DNA from: Bugula neritina
Lineage: Eukaryota; Animalia; Bryozoa
NCBI GenBank assembly: GCA_964035545.1
Contig: OZ037766.1
Coordinates: forward strand, 4,144,722-4,208,721
Direction: 5' to 3'
DNA length: 64,000 bases
Below the pieces are notes generated by a model. That model had not been told where the DNA came from, did no database searches, and saw only the letters and a list, made by a program, of their open reading frames with translations. Positions 26,501 through 51,215 of this stretch are shown here, one piece after another. The position numbers were made by a program, and so were the translations under genes. How positions within the stretch are numbered: position 1 is the first letter of the stretch; the number at the start of each line of letters is the position of its first letter.

Positions 26501-27211
26501 ATATAAATTTCGACGAATTCTGCAACTTACCTCGTGTGAATTTCAATATGAAAATGATGAATTATTTCAATGCCACTACTGCCTATATTATAACCCTACA
26601 ATATGCCCCAAAAATATTCGGATTGGAAGCTACAGAAAGGGATGAAAAACCCATTCGAAAGTGACTTGAATTCAGTCTTTAATTACGATGGTGTCAATTC
26701 CCGAGGTATGGGTGAGAATTTGTGAGACTTTAGGTCACGTGATCGAGGGAAATTCCCGTCATCTCCCTACCTACTATTACTATTAGTATTACTATTAGTA
26801 TTAGACTTAGTGTAAGGTGGTACTATGACTATCGCCATCGGTATCTCAATCTGGGCCTATTACATTTACTTTTAGTGATTTACTCTTAGTATAAGTATTA
26901 CTATTAGTATTAGTATAAGATTAAGCATGTTTTTAGAGGAGGCCAGCATAAGGCATAGCTCAATTTTATAGACCCAAGACTGACATATGTTGTAATTATT
27001 CATTTCAAAGCACCCTAGGCCTATGCTAATTAATTTTTATTTCAGTATTACTATCAATATCAGCATAACTATTACTATTAGTATTTAGATTTCAAATCTG
27101 AATCTGAATCACTAACACTATCAGCCATCAGGACTGTAATTTAATTGTTACTCGAACTATTTGAATTTTTATGTCAATTGTAATTTGAACAGGTTATAAA
27201 ATAAAAAGAAC

Positions 27212-30200
27212 ATGGATTTGAATAGCCCACATATTGTTCAAGAAGAACTCAAATATGCTGGATCTAAAACTGCACCAGTTTTTGAAAATATAAGTGCGGA
27301 TAGTCAAGAGCAGACACCAACCATCATTGAGAGTTTGTGCATGAGCTGCCACAAACAGGTATTTTTAAGCTCACATTATATTTCTTGTTATTAGTTACCT
27401 CAGTACTGTGAAGTGGTACTATTAGATGGTTTTCTCCATGTATTCTATAGTAGCCAATGGCTAGCCATTAGCTTAGGTTTACTGTCAAAAGCAGTTATAA
27501 TTTTAAAGTTTTGTTTATATTTATATTATGATTTATATGTTTTATTATGATAGCTTTTGTATAATGACCATTTATTCAAAGTGATTGTACAGTGAAAATA
27601 CCATTGCTAATCATGGTGGCAAATATTGTCCTCGTTGCTTTCCTAGGGCTGTACTAAGCTAATGCTCACAAGGATACCCTTCTTCAAAGAGGTTATTATT
27701 GGATCCTTTGAATGCAGCCATTGCAGTTACAAAGATTCTCAAATCACATCTGCAGGTGAAATTCAAGAAAAGGGAGTCAAGATTGCTTTACAAGTTTCAG
27801 CTGTCGAGGTAAGCCTTTTGTGTTAGAATTTTCTCACCACTTGAAAGCTCTTTTAATGCATAACTATACAGTCTTTCTGATCTGCTTATATAGGTCACTC
27901 ACTTTTTGGCTCTTGCATATTGCTTGCTAAATCGCTTCTTTCAGATTGCAGTATTCGTTATTACACAAGCAGTTGCGACTAGAGGCTTTTTTAAATTGAT
28001 TTTCATTATGGGGTTTTGTGCACATGCTAATTAAAAATTATCCTTTCATTTTTATGTTGAATTATATTTTAGGACCTCAATCGGCAAATAGTGAAGTCTG
28101 ATGCGGCAGTAATAAAAATCCCACAAGTGGAACTGGAAATACCAGCTAAGAAAGGCTGTAAGACTATTAACTGTTTTGAGTAGTATAAATTGTGATTTGC
28201 TAAATTTCTCTTTGCTTCCTTGTCCTTTGTCTACTCACATGAAATACTTGAGTGTTAAAAGACAAATCTTTTTTTGAAATCTGAACTCGACGTCCTAATT
28301 GTGCAAATACTGAATGATGACCGAGCTGCCAAATAAATGAATGCCAATTGCTTTCAGGTCTAACAACCATTGAGGGAACTATCAACACAACTTGCGAAGA
28401 GCTGTTGTATGACCAGCCCGCCCGGAGACTCATAGACCCTGACAATGCTCAGAAGATTGACGACTTTATTGGTAGACTGAAGATGTTGCTGTTGGTCAAA
28501 GAGCCGTTTCAGTTTGTAAGTTGGGAGTTTTTCATCTCCACTTTTATTATTATTATAGACTATGGTGGTTTGTTAGCGTATTGCAATGACCCAAATGTTG
28601 TACATTGCTGATGCTCTTCTGGCTATGAAAATACGGAAGTAGCTGTGTCTAATGTCTAGTTTATAACAGTTATATATTTATTTGTGACCTGCAATTGCTT
28701 TCCAGCTGAATTTAGAGTTACTACTTACTTAGTATTGTCTTGAAAAGTAATTATAAAAAAAATTCATTTCAGTCATTTCAATTGCTATTCAATTTTCGTA
28801 GTAGTCCACTGCTATTTGTTAAGACTAAAATGACTCTAGTTTTCTGTAATGTATTGCTTAACATTTCAGATTATTGAGGACATAACTGGAAATAGTCACG
28901 TAGAAAACCCCAAGGCACCTTCGGCTGACCCTCTACTTCACACTATACGCTTCTTTAGAACCAAAGCCCAGAATGACCTCCTCGGAATCGAAACTCCAAA
29001 TAGTCAGGTGTGAGATACAGACCTCTGGGGTTGTAAATTTCTTTACATGACCTTTCACCTCTTTGCTATGTATCAAAAAAGTTCTTCCTGGTAAATGTTA
29101 AATTGGTTTATTACAGCCATCAACTGCAGTCGCCCACCCTAGCGTTACGCCACTGGCAGGGGAGCCAGGTGTTGCACCTATCAATTTCTCTGACGAGGTT
29201 GGTAGTCATCACAATCACTGTGTGACTTGTAGTCACGGTTTGTAATTACTTGATTTAAAGCTGTTTGTTTAGAGGGATAGATGTTTGTGTGTTGCCTTAG
29301 GCTATAGGTAGGTTAAGCGATTTCCTTAATGATATGAAATGAATAATTTCTCTGTGGGCAGGTAATGCAGTTTGCCGGTGTATGTAACATGTGTAATGCT
29401 CCGTGCGTGACCAACATGAAGATGGTGAACATACCGAGGTTTAAGCAAGTCATCATCATGGCTATGGCTTGTGACCGGTGTGGCTACAAGAACAATGAGG
29501 TCAAGCCTGGGGCCGGCATAGAAGAGCAAGGAGTTATCTATAATCTGTTTATAAAAGACTCCGTTGACCTCTCACGAGATCTTCTTAAGGTGAGTTAGCA
29601 GATGGTAAAATAAGTTCTGAAGAGATTGTTTGAATCATTACACTCCTACTTCTAACATATGATAAGCAACAAATCTCTAGTTCAAGTTTTGGGAATAGTT
29701 TTATAGTTATTGCTGTATAGAATACATTTTTAATAAATAGAATACATATATATATATATATAACACATATTGCTATATAGAATACATATATAACACATAT
29801 TGCTATATAGAATACTTATATAACACATATTGCTAAATAGAATACATATATAACACATATTGCTATATAGAATACATCTGTTAAACATGTCAACCATGTT
29901 ATGCTGTAGTCTGATAGTGCTTCCTGTATGATTCCCGAGCTAGACCTCGCACTCGCTCCGGGAACACTTGGAGGGAGATTTACAACAGTTGAAGGTCTCA
30001 TCTCTAACATCAGAGATCAGGTAGATTAGAATTATTAGCATAGCTATTACACAATCTGTTCTGTTTCTAATCGTCTTTTGCCAACCACTGTCCTATTGAA
30101 GGTATCTTGTAGGGGAGACAACTTACAATGTCTTGCGTGTTGAGCTATGCAACATACAGTCAAGTAGTTGAAGTTCTTTCTTGGTGTCTTATAGTTTTTA

Positions 30201-31365
30201 GTTCACCTTAATTATAGTGAATTTTGGTATTATAATCATCATATTATTATACAATTGTAACTAATATAATATTTTATCAAATTTATTTGTCTGAGGTACA
30301 TGAGCCAGACATTGATTTGCTAAACTGAACATCATGAACTCTGGAGCAGAGTTATTCTCAGGATTTTATTGGTTTAATCTGCTAAAATTAATAAATTCCG
30401 GTTTGATTTGGGGGGAGGGGTTAATTTTAATTCATTTTCTAAACTCAATATTTAATTAATCCTTTCTATAATCAACTTATAATAGTGTATAGAGCTGTTT
30501 GATAGGTTCTATACACTAGAATAATGTGGTAAGTTCAGCACAGTAACTCCGTTACATCACGTTGTATTAAGGGGTGTTTGTTTCAGTTGAGAGACACAAA
30601 CTTTACTTTCACCGGAGACAGTGCAAGTGAAGGAAGCAGAGAGAAGATGAGTAAGCTTTGTGATAAGCTGAGTGAGATTATAGCCGGTAAATTACTCGGG
30701 GAGTTTCACATGGTGCTGGATGATCCCACAGGAAACAGTTACCTGCAGGTACGTGTCACCTGTATTCATCTAAAATTTTCTTATGTTTTACAATGACATA
30801 TTCAGTTTGATCATGTTATTCTATTTTGTGTTTTGTTTGTAAATCTTTCTTTGAGTCTTTTAAAATGAAATGCTTCTGAAGCAGCTCTAAGAACAGTAAT
30901 AACTATCATTTCCCTTGAAAGATCGTATTAAAACCTGGTTATCAAATTCAGTTTCAAATGAATTTTTTGACAGTGATCTGTGAACAGATTCGTCGCACAA
31001 ATTCATAGTACAGATAGATATTAAATTTGAAAATTTGTGACTTTTTGAGAAGGATTTGGTTGCCAGACATTTGAAATTATTTTATAAGATAATATATATT
31101 AAGCTAATGAAATATTTTCAATGCATCAATCACCTAACTCTAATAAACAACAATGTTTAGCTCAATACATATCAATATTGATTCTTTGATGCCCATAGTT
31201 TGATGTTTAATTGAATTAACAATATTGAAGGATATCTATGAGCCAGAGGCAGATCCCTGTCTGAAAGTAGAACGGTATGAGAGGACAGAGGAGCAAAATG
31301 AGGAACTCGGGCTGATGGATATGAACACTGAGTCTACTGATGGTATGAAGCCACTCAGGAGCTAG
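27212..31365 (+). CDS. ZPR1: Zinc finger protein ZPR1 (ZNF259), multi-exon
   Basis: [10 protein letters not shown]; [22 protein letters not shown]; [10 protein letters not shown]; LTTIEG; CNMC...[27 protein letters not shown]; DLSRDLLKS; [12 protein letters not shown]; [11 protein letters not shown]; [13 protein letters not shown]. Two C4 zinc finger plus A/B domain modules; TAG at 31363-31365. Confidence 0.96.
29735..29877. repeat. About 30-bp tandem repeat in a ZPR1 intron
   Basis: Unit ATAGAATACATATATAACACATATTGCTAT, about 4.5 copies. Confidence 0.88.
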
Positions 31366-32020
31366 CATCCTCATTATCTTCTATTATTTTTACAAACATA
31401 GTCCAGGAAAATGGCAAGATATCTTGAAATATTTTACCAATGCATTATTTAGTCATTGACTAAGTAAAATACTGACCAACTTCTTTAGATTTTGTACAAG
31501 TGATATGATGTTTACGTGTCCACATGGCTAATATTTTTTACTATGTCCACATAACAGCTTTCATTTAAGTGGGATGCATTTATTTTGAATATAATCATAA
31601 AATAGTTTAATTGTAACTTCAGAAATCTATGTATGTGAATTTTCATGGTTTATCACTTAGCATTTGATTGCTTTACTTATTGGTATAGCATGGTTACTAA
31701 CACTGCATTTTACTCTAAACATTTAAATATATGCAATATAATAAAACATAAATATGCAAATGAATGCCATCACATTACTCTTATTTTGCTCCAACTTGTT
31801 ACATATAGAAGCTATGTTTGTGCTAGATGTCTGCATCTGTTCAGGGTAATAATGAAACAAATCACCATTTATAAGCTATGGCTCATGATTTATTTTCCTA
31901 AAAGTAACAAAAAGGAATTCTATATTGGATAGTCACTCCCAACTTCATAAATATCCACGAACTATATCTTACATAATTTGTATAAATATAAAATAGTTGA
32001 ATGCCTGAGCTCCGTCATTC

Positions 32021-35000
32021 CTAAGACCATATTCGTACGGTGTAGTCACTGCCTGCTGACACCAAGAACTCTCCTGTCCGGTCAAACAAAGTGGCCTGCA
32101 CGGCATCCTCGTGACCAATCAGCGACGTCACTTTCCCTGAAGACACTTCGTACATCTTGACAGTTGAATCGTTACTGGAGACAGCCAATAGCTGCCCAGA
32201 AGAATCAAATGAGACATGATTGGTTGGATGTGGACCAATGTCTACAGAGGCTAATTGACCAAGAGTTCTAACATCAAATAGCTTGAGATTGCCGTATGAA
32301 TCGCAAGAAGCTATGGTGTCTCCTTTGGTGTTGAAGGTAGCGCTGTTGATAGAGTACATGTGTCCGTAAAAGGTCTGAGCGCATAAGCCAGTCCTGGTGT
32401 CCCAGAGAGACAGCGTCTTGTCAGCAGAGCTGGTCAATATAGTGTTGGAGTAAGGCACATACTGAACACTGTTCACAGAATCCGTATGACCTCTCAGAGT
32501 GTATCGACATCGCAGACTGTTCAAGTCCCACACTTTACTCGTGTTGTCCATGGAGCAGGTAGCCAGGAAATCTCCACAAGCGTGCCAAGAGACCCCCCAT
32601 ACAGCGTGCTTATGCTCCATAAATGTATGTACACATTCAGCCTTTGAGAAATCCCATATCTTCACAGTGGTATCTCCACTGCCTAAAATGATAAACAATT
32701 TTCAGAGTTCAATTTTATCGCCATGTTTAGTGATTTCTTTGAAGCAGCATAAGAACTTGACACCAATGTGATAATATTTTGCACACTATTTATATTATTA
32801 AATTCCTTGTAACTAATTCTCAATATCGAACCTGTAGCCAGTTTCCCTCCTGATGGATGGAAGTCACATGATGAAACCCAGTCAGTGTGACCTTCACCTG
32901 TCATCACAAGGTCACCACTGGGTACCGCCCACATTTTCCATGTAAAATCATCACTGGTAGTTGCTATAATCTGCTTGCGCGGATGCAAAGCAATACTTGA
33001 CACAGCCAATGAGTGAGCTTGGTAAGTGGATGTCAGGCGGAACCCACCAGTTCTAGTCAGGTGACCAGGTGAGTTTTTAGCATATATTAAGTAAGGGTTG
33101 ATGCCACTGTCCACAGGAAATTCAGAATCCTGAAACGATAAAATTAAAATTTTTTTATTAATTTATAAATTTTACTAAAAGTTATAGGCTTTATCACAGA
33201 AGCCCTATAGTTTTATTACATGTAGCAGGATTAATAGCAAATTTTGAATAATTTATGAGGAGTTGTCACCTCTTTTACTACAGTATATAGTATTAGTGTT
33301 ATCTATGCTATTTATTGACAGCAAGAATGCAGACAGATTTATTATATAATGCAACATGATTAGGTGTGAAAAATAACTAAACTACTTGATTCAACTTTTA
33401 GTTATTCCTGTGCCAGTCTTTAATACAGGTTTGCTGATTTCTAATAAATGTTGCTAATCTTTTTTATTACATTTAGATTTTAGACTAACAATATTTGAAC
33501 TTGGACTCACATTCTCATGCTTCTTTTGCTGTCCAGCATTGGCCATATCCTTCCCAACCTCTTGCTTTTTCCTCTCCTCCACCAATGCTCTCTGACTAGG
33601 TCCCAAGCCATTCTCATCCACAGGCAGCTCCAGACCTTTCTTGCACATCCTCTGAGATGGAACAGACATAAAAGGTGGAGCCCCTACTGAACTGGTGTCC
33701 TATATAAAAATAATGTCATATATTTAGAATTAAAGTTTACAAGATAAGTGTAATTTCAATCACTTGATTGTTGGTTTATAGTAAGATGAAGGTATTTTGC
33801 CTAAACCTAAAGTACACGATACTTACTTATGATTATGGTAATATCGAAAAAAACTTCAACATTCGGTTTCAATCTATCATAATCATGTTTCAATTATGCA
33901 AAAGATACAAATCTGGATTGTAATTTGTTTTGCTACAAACTATGTTGGGAACATGTTTTTAACACTTAAAATGCAGTGTTGAAGCCATCCATGACATCAC
34001 GGTGACATCGCAAGTAATACCTTAATGACACCACAATGACATTATAGTGAGATAATATTGGTATTATAGTGACATCATAGTGGCATCGTGGTAACATTTG
34101 ATGTCATAGTGCCATTACAGTGGCATGATAAAACAAGTGACAAAACAGTGACCTTATAGTGACACAGTGTTACATTCCAGGCCATCTAACCTTCTATGGC
34201 CTAAGATACAGCTGTTCTACTTTGAATGCTATATAACACAGCGTCTATTTACTACCTTGAGAGCATCAATATTCTTTAGTGTGTTCTGCAATCCAGTAAC
34301 TTGTCCTAGAGCTCTATCTTTCTCAAGTTTTGAAAGCATCTTCTCTTTCATGGCAGTTTCATATTTAGTTTTCAGGTGTCTCAGAGTGGGTTCATAAGAT
34401 GCATAGTGTGCCTACACACATTTTATAGTGTAGATAACTACTAATATAACATGCAAAACAAAGCAGTGGTTGCATTTGCCTAAATCGTTTAATGTAAAAA
34501 TTTAAAGTTAAGCCAAAAATTTGATTTAAATTTCAATTGCTAGCAGACAGCTTTAAAACTTAAATTATTACTAGTGTTTGTCTATCAAATCTCCTATTAT
34601 ACTTGCTTCATTGTAATAATTATATATTATATGATATATTATATACTATTATATATAAATTTTGAAAAATCTTGTGTGCCATAAATGAAATATAGTAGTG
34701 AACCTATTAAAAATTCTTGCTGAAAACATTCAATATTCAGTAGAAATCTATTTAGTAATTTGAGCTTCAACCAAACTACTCAATACTAAAAATGAGTAGA
34801 TAGTAAAAATAGTGCAATAAAAGTTATTTATGCTGATTAATTTAATCATGGTTTTAAGTTTTAGGTCGTAGAGAATTGAAAAAACAAAAATTTTAATATT
34901 GTAAATGTGAGAAAGTAAAATCCTTCGGCCTAAGAATTGCAATGAACTTACTTTGAGTTTCTTAATTTCTGTAACAAGAGCATTCTTCTCTTGTACGACT

Positions 35001-36170
35001 CTTCTGTGGTGCATTCTGTGGTAATCTCTTTCTTTTCTTAACTTCACATATGCCTCTCTAGCCTGCATAGCTGCTTTTTTAAACTTGTCCACTTCTTTTC
35101 TTAAATATTTTGTCTGAAATTATAAGTGTTTTTAAATATGCATGTAAATGCATACTTTTGAAATTTTATTGTTAGCTAAATTGTTGTACGTGGTAGTTTC
35201 TGTAACATGCAACATGTTTTTTGCTTGACTGTAACACATGTGGTTGCAACTATAGGCATATATTTTAACTTTTAACAAAATATTTATAGCAATTCTCAAG
35301 TCATCAAATTGTTGATTAAATGGGACTTTCATTAAAATAAATATATACCTCAGTTTCTAAGTTGCCATTCTGTGTGTAAACATCTGGTACATCTGTAGAA
35401 TAGTCATCTCTAATGGCACCTTTTTGCTGTAGCTCATACCACTCACACTGAAACGTGTTTAATGTTTTTTGCATGCCCATTCTAACTAAAAAATTTCTAA
35501 CGAAATCATCCACAACTTCTGGTCTAGTTGTCAAGATAGACCTTTCGAGTTGTGTCCCTTGCACCTACAAAAACAAAGTCCCAATTCACAATAATGTTTG
35601 AGAATGACATAATACAGAACACAGTGGCACACATTACTTATGCATATTAGCTATTGCTAATGTAACAGACCAGTAAATTGTGACAAATTTTGCAATATAT
35701 GTTTTAACTTTTAGTGCTTACTAGCTTATATTCCAATGCCATACAATGAGTTTGAAATTATGTTTGGTTTTCATATAACAATAATATTTTAATTTTCAAA
35801 TATAAGTATCAGGAATTTTATTTGTTAACTACAGACGCGTAATAAATCATTGACTTGAACTCTTTAATGTTAAAAAAATTTCATTTCAAGTACTAAACAA
35901 TGAGTGTCACACTGTTACAGAATTCAATAGTAAAAGTCATGGATATAATGATAATCGTATTGATAATCATAATGGTAAGGATGTGTAACTTACATTTGCA
36001 GCCTCAGCATCTCCTTTTGCTTCGTTTATTACTCTAAGAGCTGTATCTAAATCTTCTTCAACAATGCTTGTGTAATCATCTTCTAATGGAATTTCTTCAT
36101 AATTAAATTCTTCATCAGAATCTACAGGTATTTCGTGCTTCTCAATGTAATAAGCTTGCTCGTCCGCCAT
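32021..36170 (-). CDS. SPAG16: Sperm-associated antigen 16 (PF20 ortholog; LisH-like, coiled coil, WD40), axonemal central-pair protein
   Basis: PEVVDDFVRNFLVRMGMQKTLNTFQCEWYEL; KLRKERDYHRMHHRRVVQEKN; YASYEPTL; then WD40 repeats (GEGHTDWVSSCDFHP, SGDTTVKIWDF, SADKTLSLWD...SDYTVRIWS*). Confidence 0.94.
33990..34170. repeat. Degenerate 11-bp tandem repeat (GTGACATCATA-like) in a SPAG16 intron
   Basis: Recurring gtgacatc/gtggcatc/atgacatt units. Confidence 0.6.
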
Positions 36171-36182
36171 GATTGCTGTTGT

Positions 36183-36195
36183 GTTGCTAAGCTAC
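36183..36195. promoter_or_regulatory. RFX X-box-like motif just upstream of the SPAG16 ATG
   Basis: GTTGCTAAGCTAC resembles GTNRCC-N0-3-RGYAAC; ciliary genes are established RFX targets. Confidence 0.55.
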
Positions 36196-37412
36196 AGCGA
36201 CGTCTTGTACATTGTTCTAAAACAAGCGTTTTGATTAGTTATAGATATTAATCATTGTCCACTCAAATTAGGTTAGCATATACAATCATGCTTTTGATTG
36301 ATTAAAACACTTTAGCCGCTTCGAAAACCACGTGTAGCGTAACCTAGTTGGTTTGTGCTAAAATTATTCTGCAACAGTGAGGAATATTCAACAGTATAAT
36401 TATAATATCTAAGGATGGCAAGAATCGATGGTTAACAGATGGTGTTAGCAAACCTTTACTGTCATTAAATAAACAAAAATTACCAGTTTCAAGATCATAA
36501 GGATGCCCATGAGAAAATAAAAGTTGCACCTTAAAACCTGAGTTACCTATGAAAAAGCACAAACAGTAAACATATTTACAACTTACTGCTGATCGATTTG
36601 TTGAATGTTATAGATCTATAATAATTACTATAATCAGGCATGGATGATCAAATTTGCTAACATATTTTACTACCAACTTGCATGTACAATAAAATATCAT
36701 TGCAGCTTAAAATACTCCAAAGTGTTTTCCTTAATATTTAAAACTTTCTATATGCTTTCATTATTATGTCAAAATGCCATTTCTGCTATTTGCATTGGTT
36801 TTTTTTAAATAAAAAGCTTCACCAGTAACTGATTTACAATAATTTATGGAGATATTTTAACAGTTGGTAGTACCTTTACTAAGTTCTATTAGTTTGTAAG
36901 AGAAATTAAATTGAATTTCAAAATTACTGCAGATGTGTACAAGTTACATAAAGAAGACCTGGACAGCTAAGCTAGCAAAATAATTTGAAAACCGGTTGTA
37001 AATTTAAATTTTATTATAAGTTTAAAAAATCTTACAAGAAAAAGGGTGTAATTAAAATATTGTGAGTCAACACCGTAAAATAAATTATAGTAAAAAGAAG
37101 TTGCCATAAACAGAGAGTGCATAGCCCAAGTTTATAATACTATAAGAGAAGCCACCTTAAAATATCCGACAATTTATAGGAAAAAACTTTCTCATTTTTG
37201 AGATACTTTCTAAAGTAATCTATGCTGTACAAAATAAACAAATACAATTAAAACACCATAATACAATACTATTCGGCTAAATTAATTTATTAAACAGAGA
37301 TTATGTGTTTTGCCTTCTGACACCTAAAGCCAGGAATTTTCTTATTATTCACAACTTTTTATACGTAAGCACCATAAAATAAAACATTTGGCAATTATAG
37401 AGTCACTGCAAT

Positions 37413-47800
<10,388 letters not shown>

Positions 47801-48278
47801 CTTGGTAACTTCACTCAGCCTATGTGTATCATGTAGATTACACTATGCTAATTTGTGACTGTATTATGGCAACTATATAATACACATTTCGTATACCAGT
47901 CAGACTGGCTAATAATTGAATTTGCTGAAAGCCTATTATGTGCTAACAATGAATGGTTAATTATATTATTCTGAAGTATCATCTTGGTTATAGAAGAGAT
48001 GTTAACTGAAACTATTTCACATCTTTTTCTATTCATACAAAATCACCACACGGAATAATCTTGTTGCACCAATATTCTATAAAATTAGAGACTAGTATTT
48101 TCACAGAAAAACATCAATATTTTAAGAGAAGGATAAACGCTGTGAAGTAAAAGTATAACCTACCATCAAATCAGTGCAGTCATGTTTTTTTTTCAGAAAG
48201 GCTCACTCATAGCACTAAAAATAGAAAAACACTAAAAAGGCTCCATGTGGCGATATTGTTTCAATTTGGCACATAAGT

Positions 48279-48292
48279 GTTGCCATGGTAAC
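48279..48292. promoter_or_regulatory. Consensus RFX X-box upstream of the FAK coding exons
   Basis: GTTGCCATGGTAAC; a minus-strand donor G/GTAGGT lies near 48160. Confidence 0.55.
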
Positions 48293-49082
48293 GGAATCAC
48301 TGCATAAATTACCACATAGCCTAATAGTTCGGAGTAATATAACCAATAAACAAAAAAAATATCAACTCTGAACTGGCAAAAACTACTTGGTTTGCTAGTT
48401 TAACTTTAAACAATAAAAACATTAAGCTTTGTATACAAGAAAATAAATAATCCGACACTAATTAAAATGAGTTTACTGCTACCATCCTACGACTCATAAA
48501 TGGCTACACTTCTTTCATGTTAAATTGTCATGCCTTCCCCAATACACAGAGTAATAGATGTTCTAAAATGCTTAGTATCTGGTATACTACCATTGATTTC
48601 CAAATCACAAGGTTTGCATCTAATGAAGCAATACAACCATTCCTATTAAAATATCATTGTGGTTATGATGCTTAAATTAGTTTAAACTTTTCTCTTTAAA
48701 ATTGGTAGAATTACTGAAAATTAATATATGAAAACATAAATAGTGATGTAAAAAGAATATATAGACGGCAATAATCAAACACCATCAAAATTTCATTTCA
48801 GGATGATTATAGCCACAAAGAGTGAATCAAACCATGGACACATTAACACCATTATGATGACAATAATAGGGAACAAAACAAAACAAAATAAATATTTACT
48901 TCAAATCTTTAAATCTTTAAAATTTGTCTATGAATAACTCAAGGTATTACAATAGTAACCAAATAAGACTATAGATAACAAAAATTTCAGGGGATACAAT
49001 GATCTAAAGTCACTTAATTGCAGTAGAATTTAATTTTATGTCTCACAAACTATTAAAGTAGTATTGATATATAAAAATATAA

Positions 49083-49295
49083 GGAAGCAGCCGTGGTCTA
49101 GGGGTTAGAGCGTTTGCCTAGTAAGCATGAAGTCATGGGTTCAAGCTCGAACAAAGGCTATTGGTGATGTTAGGAAGAGCATCCGGTCATAATTGCTTCT
49201 GCGCCTCATCTAAATAAATCCTTTAGCTCGATTTAACAAAAAACCCTTCCATCAGAGGTTTTCCCACAGGGATGGTGACTATAAACTTGCATGAG
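49083..49295 (+). mobile_element. tRNA-derived SINE, copy 3
   Basis: GGAAGCAGCCGTGGTCTAGGGGTTAGAGCG...GGGTTCAAGCTC...ATAAACTTGCATGAG. Confidence 0.88.
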
Positions 49296-50318
49296 TATGT
49301 AAGAATATAATTAAAATGGAAATTCATAAATAACTTTCAAACAAAGTTACTAGCATAATTGTAAATTTAGAAATAGTTTTCGACAAGCACTATTGATTAA
49401 ATATAGTAGAAATACTAGTTGTATTAAATTGTATTAAATTCAAAATTTAAATTAGCCTAGGGTTTAACTAACAAGGTTTGACCTATAATCATAATATTGT
49501 GAGAAAATCACGAAAATTCCTAAACTTGATCAAATTTAGTTATTAAAGTATAAATCCATGGTCATAGTGATAGTCATACCCATGCCATCACCATGACTAT
49601 GAGTATGAGTAATGTTGAAAAGCATAGGTAAAAAAACATGACAATAAGAGCAACAGTCTGAGTTACTAATATTTATAGCTATTAATCATACTAAAGAAGA
49701 ATTCTTCAATTCTGATAAAAATAGAAATATAATATTATTACATAAAATTAAATATTTTTCATGGTGTTAATGATGGTAAATTTGATATTAATTAAATAAT
49801 CTGTTAATCATCCTCATGATTATTTCAACTTTTCATAATCACTTACACCTAAAGTTAATGAATAAAAATCAAAATAAAGTTCAATTTGATATTCATATTG
49901 ATATTTCACTTCATACTGATATCATGTGATATAATCATGTAATGGTAATGACTAATGATATGACTAATTCATATTGATGTTGAAAATTAAACTTAAACTT
50001 AAACTATTACTAGTAGTAGTTAAAGTGATATTCATATTCAATTTCATTATTCACATTGAATTTGATATTCATATTTCATTAATATTTTCATCTGCTTTGC
50101 AACTATAAAAACACACAAACTGTTTTAGCTTCTTATGTTGCAAGCTGAAAATATAGCATAGTGATAGCAATAAATAATTATTACTAATATGATACTTATC
50201 GCCACTGGCAATGTCTAAATAAAAATTATTGTTTTTAGCGGAAGGAAGTGATCTGATTTCTCTCCATTCCTGCGTGACAATAATGCGCAAAGTTTTCCGT
50301 GTAGCATTGTATGTGGAC

Positions 50319-50332
50319 ATTGCCATAGCAAC
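50319..50332. promoter_or_regulatory. RFX X-box-like motif in the probable CFAP92/FAK divergent promoter
   Basis: ATTGCCATAGCAAC (reverse complement GTTGCTATGGCAAT), in a locally GC-richer patch that also contains CGGAAGGAAGT (ETS-like). Confidence 0.5.
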
Positions 50333-50866
50333 TATTCCATGTGCAGAATGATTGAAGTGTATGATAAGTTTTAGTCACTTATCATTTAGAAATTTTTTTA
50401 CAGGTTAGTTTCGCTGTTGAAGATTATTATATTTAGTTTGGGGCACTTACCTACGCATCTGATTATGGACTGACTTACTCACTTGATCATTATTGCGTGG
50501 TGATAGCAATACTGAAGTTGGAAGAAAAGTCTATGCCTTAGCAGCTCAGCCCTTGCCCCTTAGGCTTAGGCTTAACTTCAAGTTTAAAGTTTAATTACTA
50601 CTAGCACTAGTTGTACAAGTAGACAGTGTTAGTAATCTTTCTCAATCATAAAATTCTTTCCAATACAAAATGTTGTGATCATGTTGTCATAGCTTTCAAA
50701 CCAAGAATATGTAAAAATTGTAGATTTTACTGTATTACTATTAGTAAGGATAATGATTATCAGATTAATAGTAATACAAACAGCTTAAATTTAAATTATC
50801 AATAGTACTAGTAGTATTTCAGTTTGTATTTTTCTAATTGCTAACGAATTGTTCTCAAAGTGATAT

Positions 50867-51215
50867 TGTGATAAACTTGTGGGTTGAATGTAACTTAGTG
50901 CAGAACAAGATAGGTTGAAGTAGTAGAGTTCCAAATGTTTATTATAGTATAAAAATAATGTCAACTTGTCTAGGCGAGCTCCAGTAGTAGACTGGCTTAA
51001 CACCGTAACTCGCCTGCTTTTATATACAGCGAACAAAAGAACATAAAACAAAGAATCTTTTGTGTGTGTGGCCCGAAGTTCGGTAGCTCCGAAATTCGGC
51101 AGGCCCGAAGATCGGGGGAACCGATCTTCGGTCAAGCCGAAACTCGGAACTCCGAATTTCGGACCCCAATTAACATTATTGAACAAAAGAACAAACCAAG
51201 GCATAATCTATCACA
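50867..51215 (-). repeat. 3' LTR
   Basis: Direct repeat of 58310-58658; minus-strand TATATAAAA at 51018-51026 and AATAAA at 50938-50943. Confidence 0.97.

Noticed and set aside
49083-49160. tRNA gene
   Set aside because: A and B boxes are present but there is no complete cloverleaf; it continues into the shared SINE body
51073-51162. LTR palindrome array as a CRISPR-like array
   Set aside because: Spacers are only 4-5 bp, the context is a eukaryotic LTR, and there are no cas genes
50791-51204. 137-aa and 122-aa ORFs (MPWFVLL...) in the two LTRs
   Set aside because: They start in U3 upstream of the TATA box, so they are not on the LTR-initiated 5' end; they run across the palindrome array and differ only outside the LTR
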